Of a stretch of 64,000 nucleotides of DNA, positions 63,002 through 64,000 are shown piece by piece (position 1 is the first letter of the stretch; each line of letters starts with the position of its first letter). Location: the NCBI GenBank assembly GCA_964187785.1, contig OZ076409.1:36768001-36832000 (forward strand), given 5' to 3'. The DNA is from Amphiscolops sp. MND2022. Lineage: Eukaryota. The translations under genes and the position numbers were made by a program. Below the pieces are notes generated by a model that saw only the letters and a list, made by a program, of their open reading frames with translations, did no database searches and was not told the origin of the DNA.

Positions 63002-63750
63002 TTTTTAGTCGGCGCTTCATGAAGTGAAACGCGACTATTATAGTGACTCTTTTTCAGTCGGCGCTTCATGAAGTGAAACGCGACTATTATAGTGACTCTT
63101 TTTTAGTCGGCGCTTCATGAAGTGAAACGCGACTATTATAGTGACTCTTTTTTTTCTATCCACACGAACTGGCCAAAATAGTTCCTAAAACTTCTACCAA
63201 ATATTATGGTGTCAAATTGCACCATTTGGCCTAGCGAACTGGACCAAAAAGGTTTTCCCTGTTTTTCCGCGTAACATACCATGCCGGGCAACACCAATGG
63301 GTCCCCCCTTTCAATTTTTTTTCGGCACTGAGAGACATTTTTTTCGGAATTTTTTCCCCAAAGGGTCCCCTCTGCATCTTTTTAATGTTTTGCGACAGAA
63401 TGGATGTTGAAAAACCTCACAGGGTCCCCCCATTCAGTTTTCGGCATTGTGAGACTTTTTAATTTTTTTTTTCATTATTTCGACATAGTGCGACTTATTT
63501 TAAACAAAAATATTTTCCGCAAAGGTTCCGCCTTCATTTTTTCTGGAGTTTTGCGGCAGAATGGATGTTGAAAAATACCAAAAGGTCCCTTTTCAGTTTT
63601 TTTTCGGAATTGTGAGACTTTTTTTTCAATTTTTTTTCACCAAAGGGTCCCCTTCAATTTTTTTGATGATTTGCGACAGAAGGGATGAAAAATGTCAAAG
63701 CGTTCCCCTGGCGCGCTAATCCGGTCCAACTTTTGGGTTTTTGGGGTGCT
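63002..63750 (+). mobile_element. Family B copy beginning with a 3 x 49-bp tandem duplication
   Basis: AGTCGGCGCTTCATGAAGTG at 63007, 63056 and 63105; GGGTCCCC/TTTTCGGCA repeats follow. Confidence 0.65.
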
Positions 63751-64000
63751 CTGAGAAAACTCGAGTATAAGCTTAAATCAATCTTAAAAAGTTAAAAAAA
63801 AACAAACAATTTTGAAGCAGGGTTGGTCAAATGTGTGTTATTTACGATAAATAACAATAACAGTTCGACGCAATAAAAAACAGACTTTTTTGTTAAAAAT
63901 GTTCTTTATTTCAGAAGCAGAACTGAACATAAAAATATATTTAACAATTCAATTGCTTGTACAGAAATGCAAGTTTTCCTGCTTTCTCCACGCCAAGTTG

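Overview
Eukaryotic (animal-like, AT-rich introns) genomic DNA. The window lies inside one large + strand axonemal dynein heavy chain gene (DNAH7-like). I can place 28 exons between 493 and 58187, running from the distal tail and linker through AAA1-AAA4 into the stalk; the gene is open at both window edges. Its introns carry: (1) an intact BEL/Pao LTR retrotransposon (896-8387) with identical 156-bp LTRs; (2) a 15.8-kb Gypsy/Ty3 element (26712-42525); (3) a 1.84-kb solo LTR of a related Gypsy family (48072-49910); (4) a nested antisense Rab-like GTPase gene (58495-61970); and (5) many MITE- and Helentron-like repeats. The Gypsy element is the most unusual feature. Its ~1.54-kb LTRs code for protein at both ends: the C-terminus of an accessory ORF at the LTR start and the first 216 codons of Gag at the LTR end. 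The primer sites therefore fall inside ORFs. The element also carries an antisense, intron-containing gene with a BED-like zinc finger and hAT-transposase-like segments, and a GACCnnnGGTCnnnnnGAC DNA motif recurs throughout it. The coding LTR layout and the motif are both conserved in the divergent solo LTR. Two independent introns appear to use a non-canonical CAG|GGATG donor. All calls were made by eye; no database search was run.
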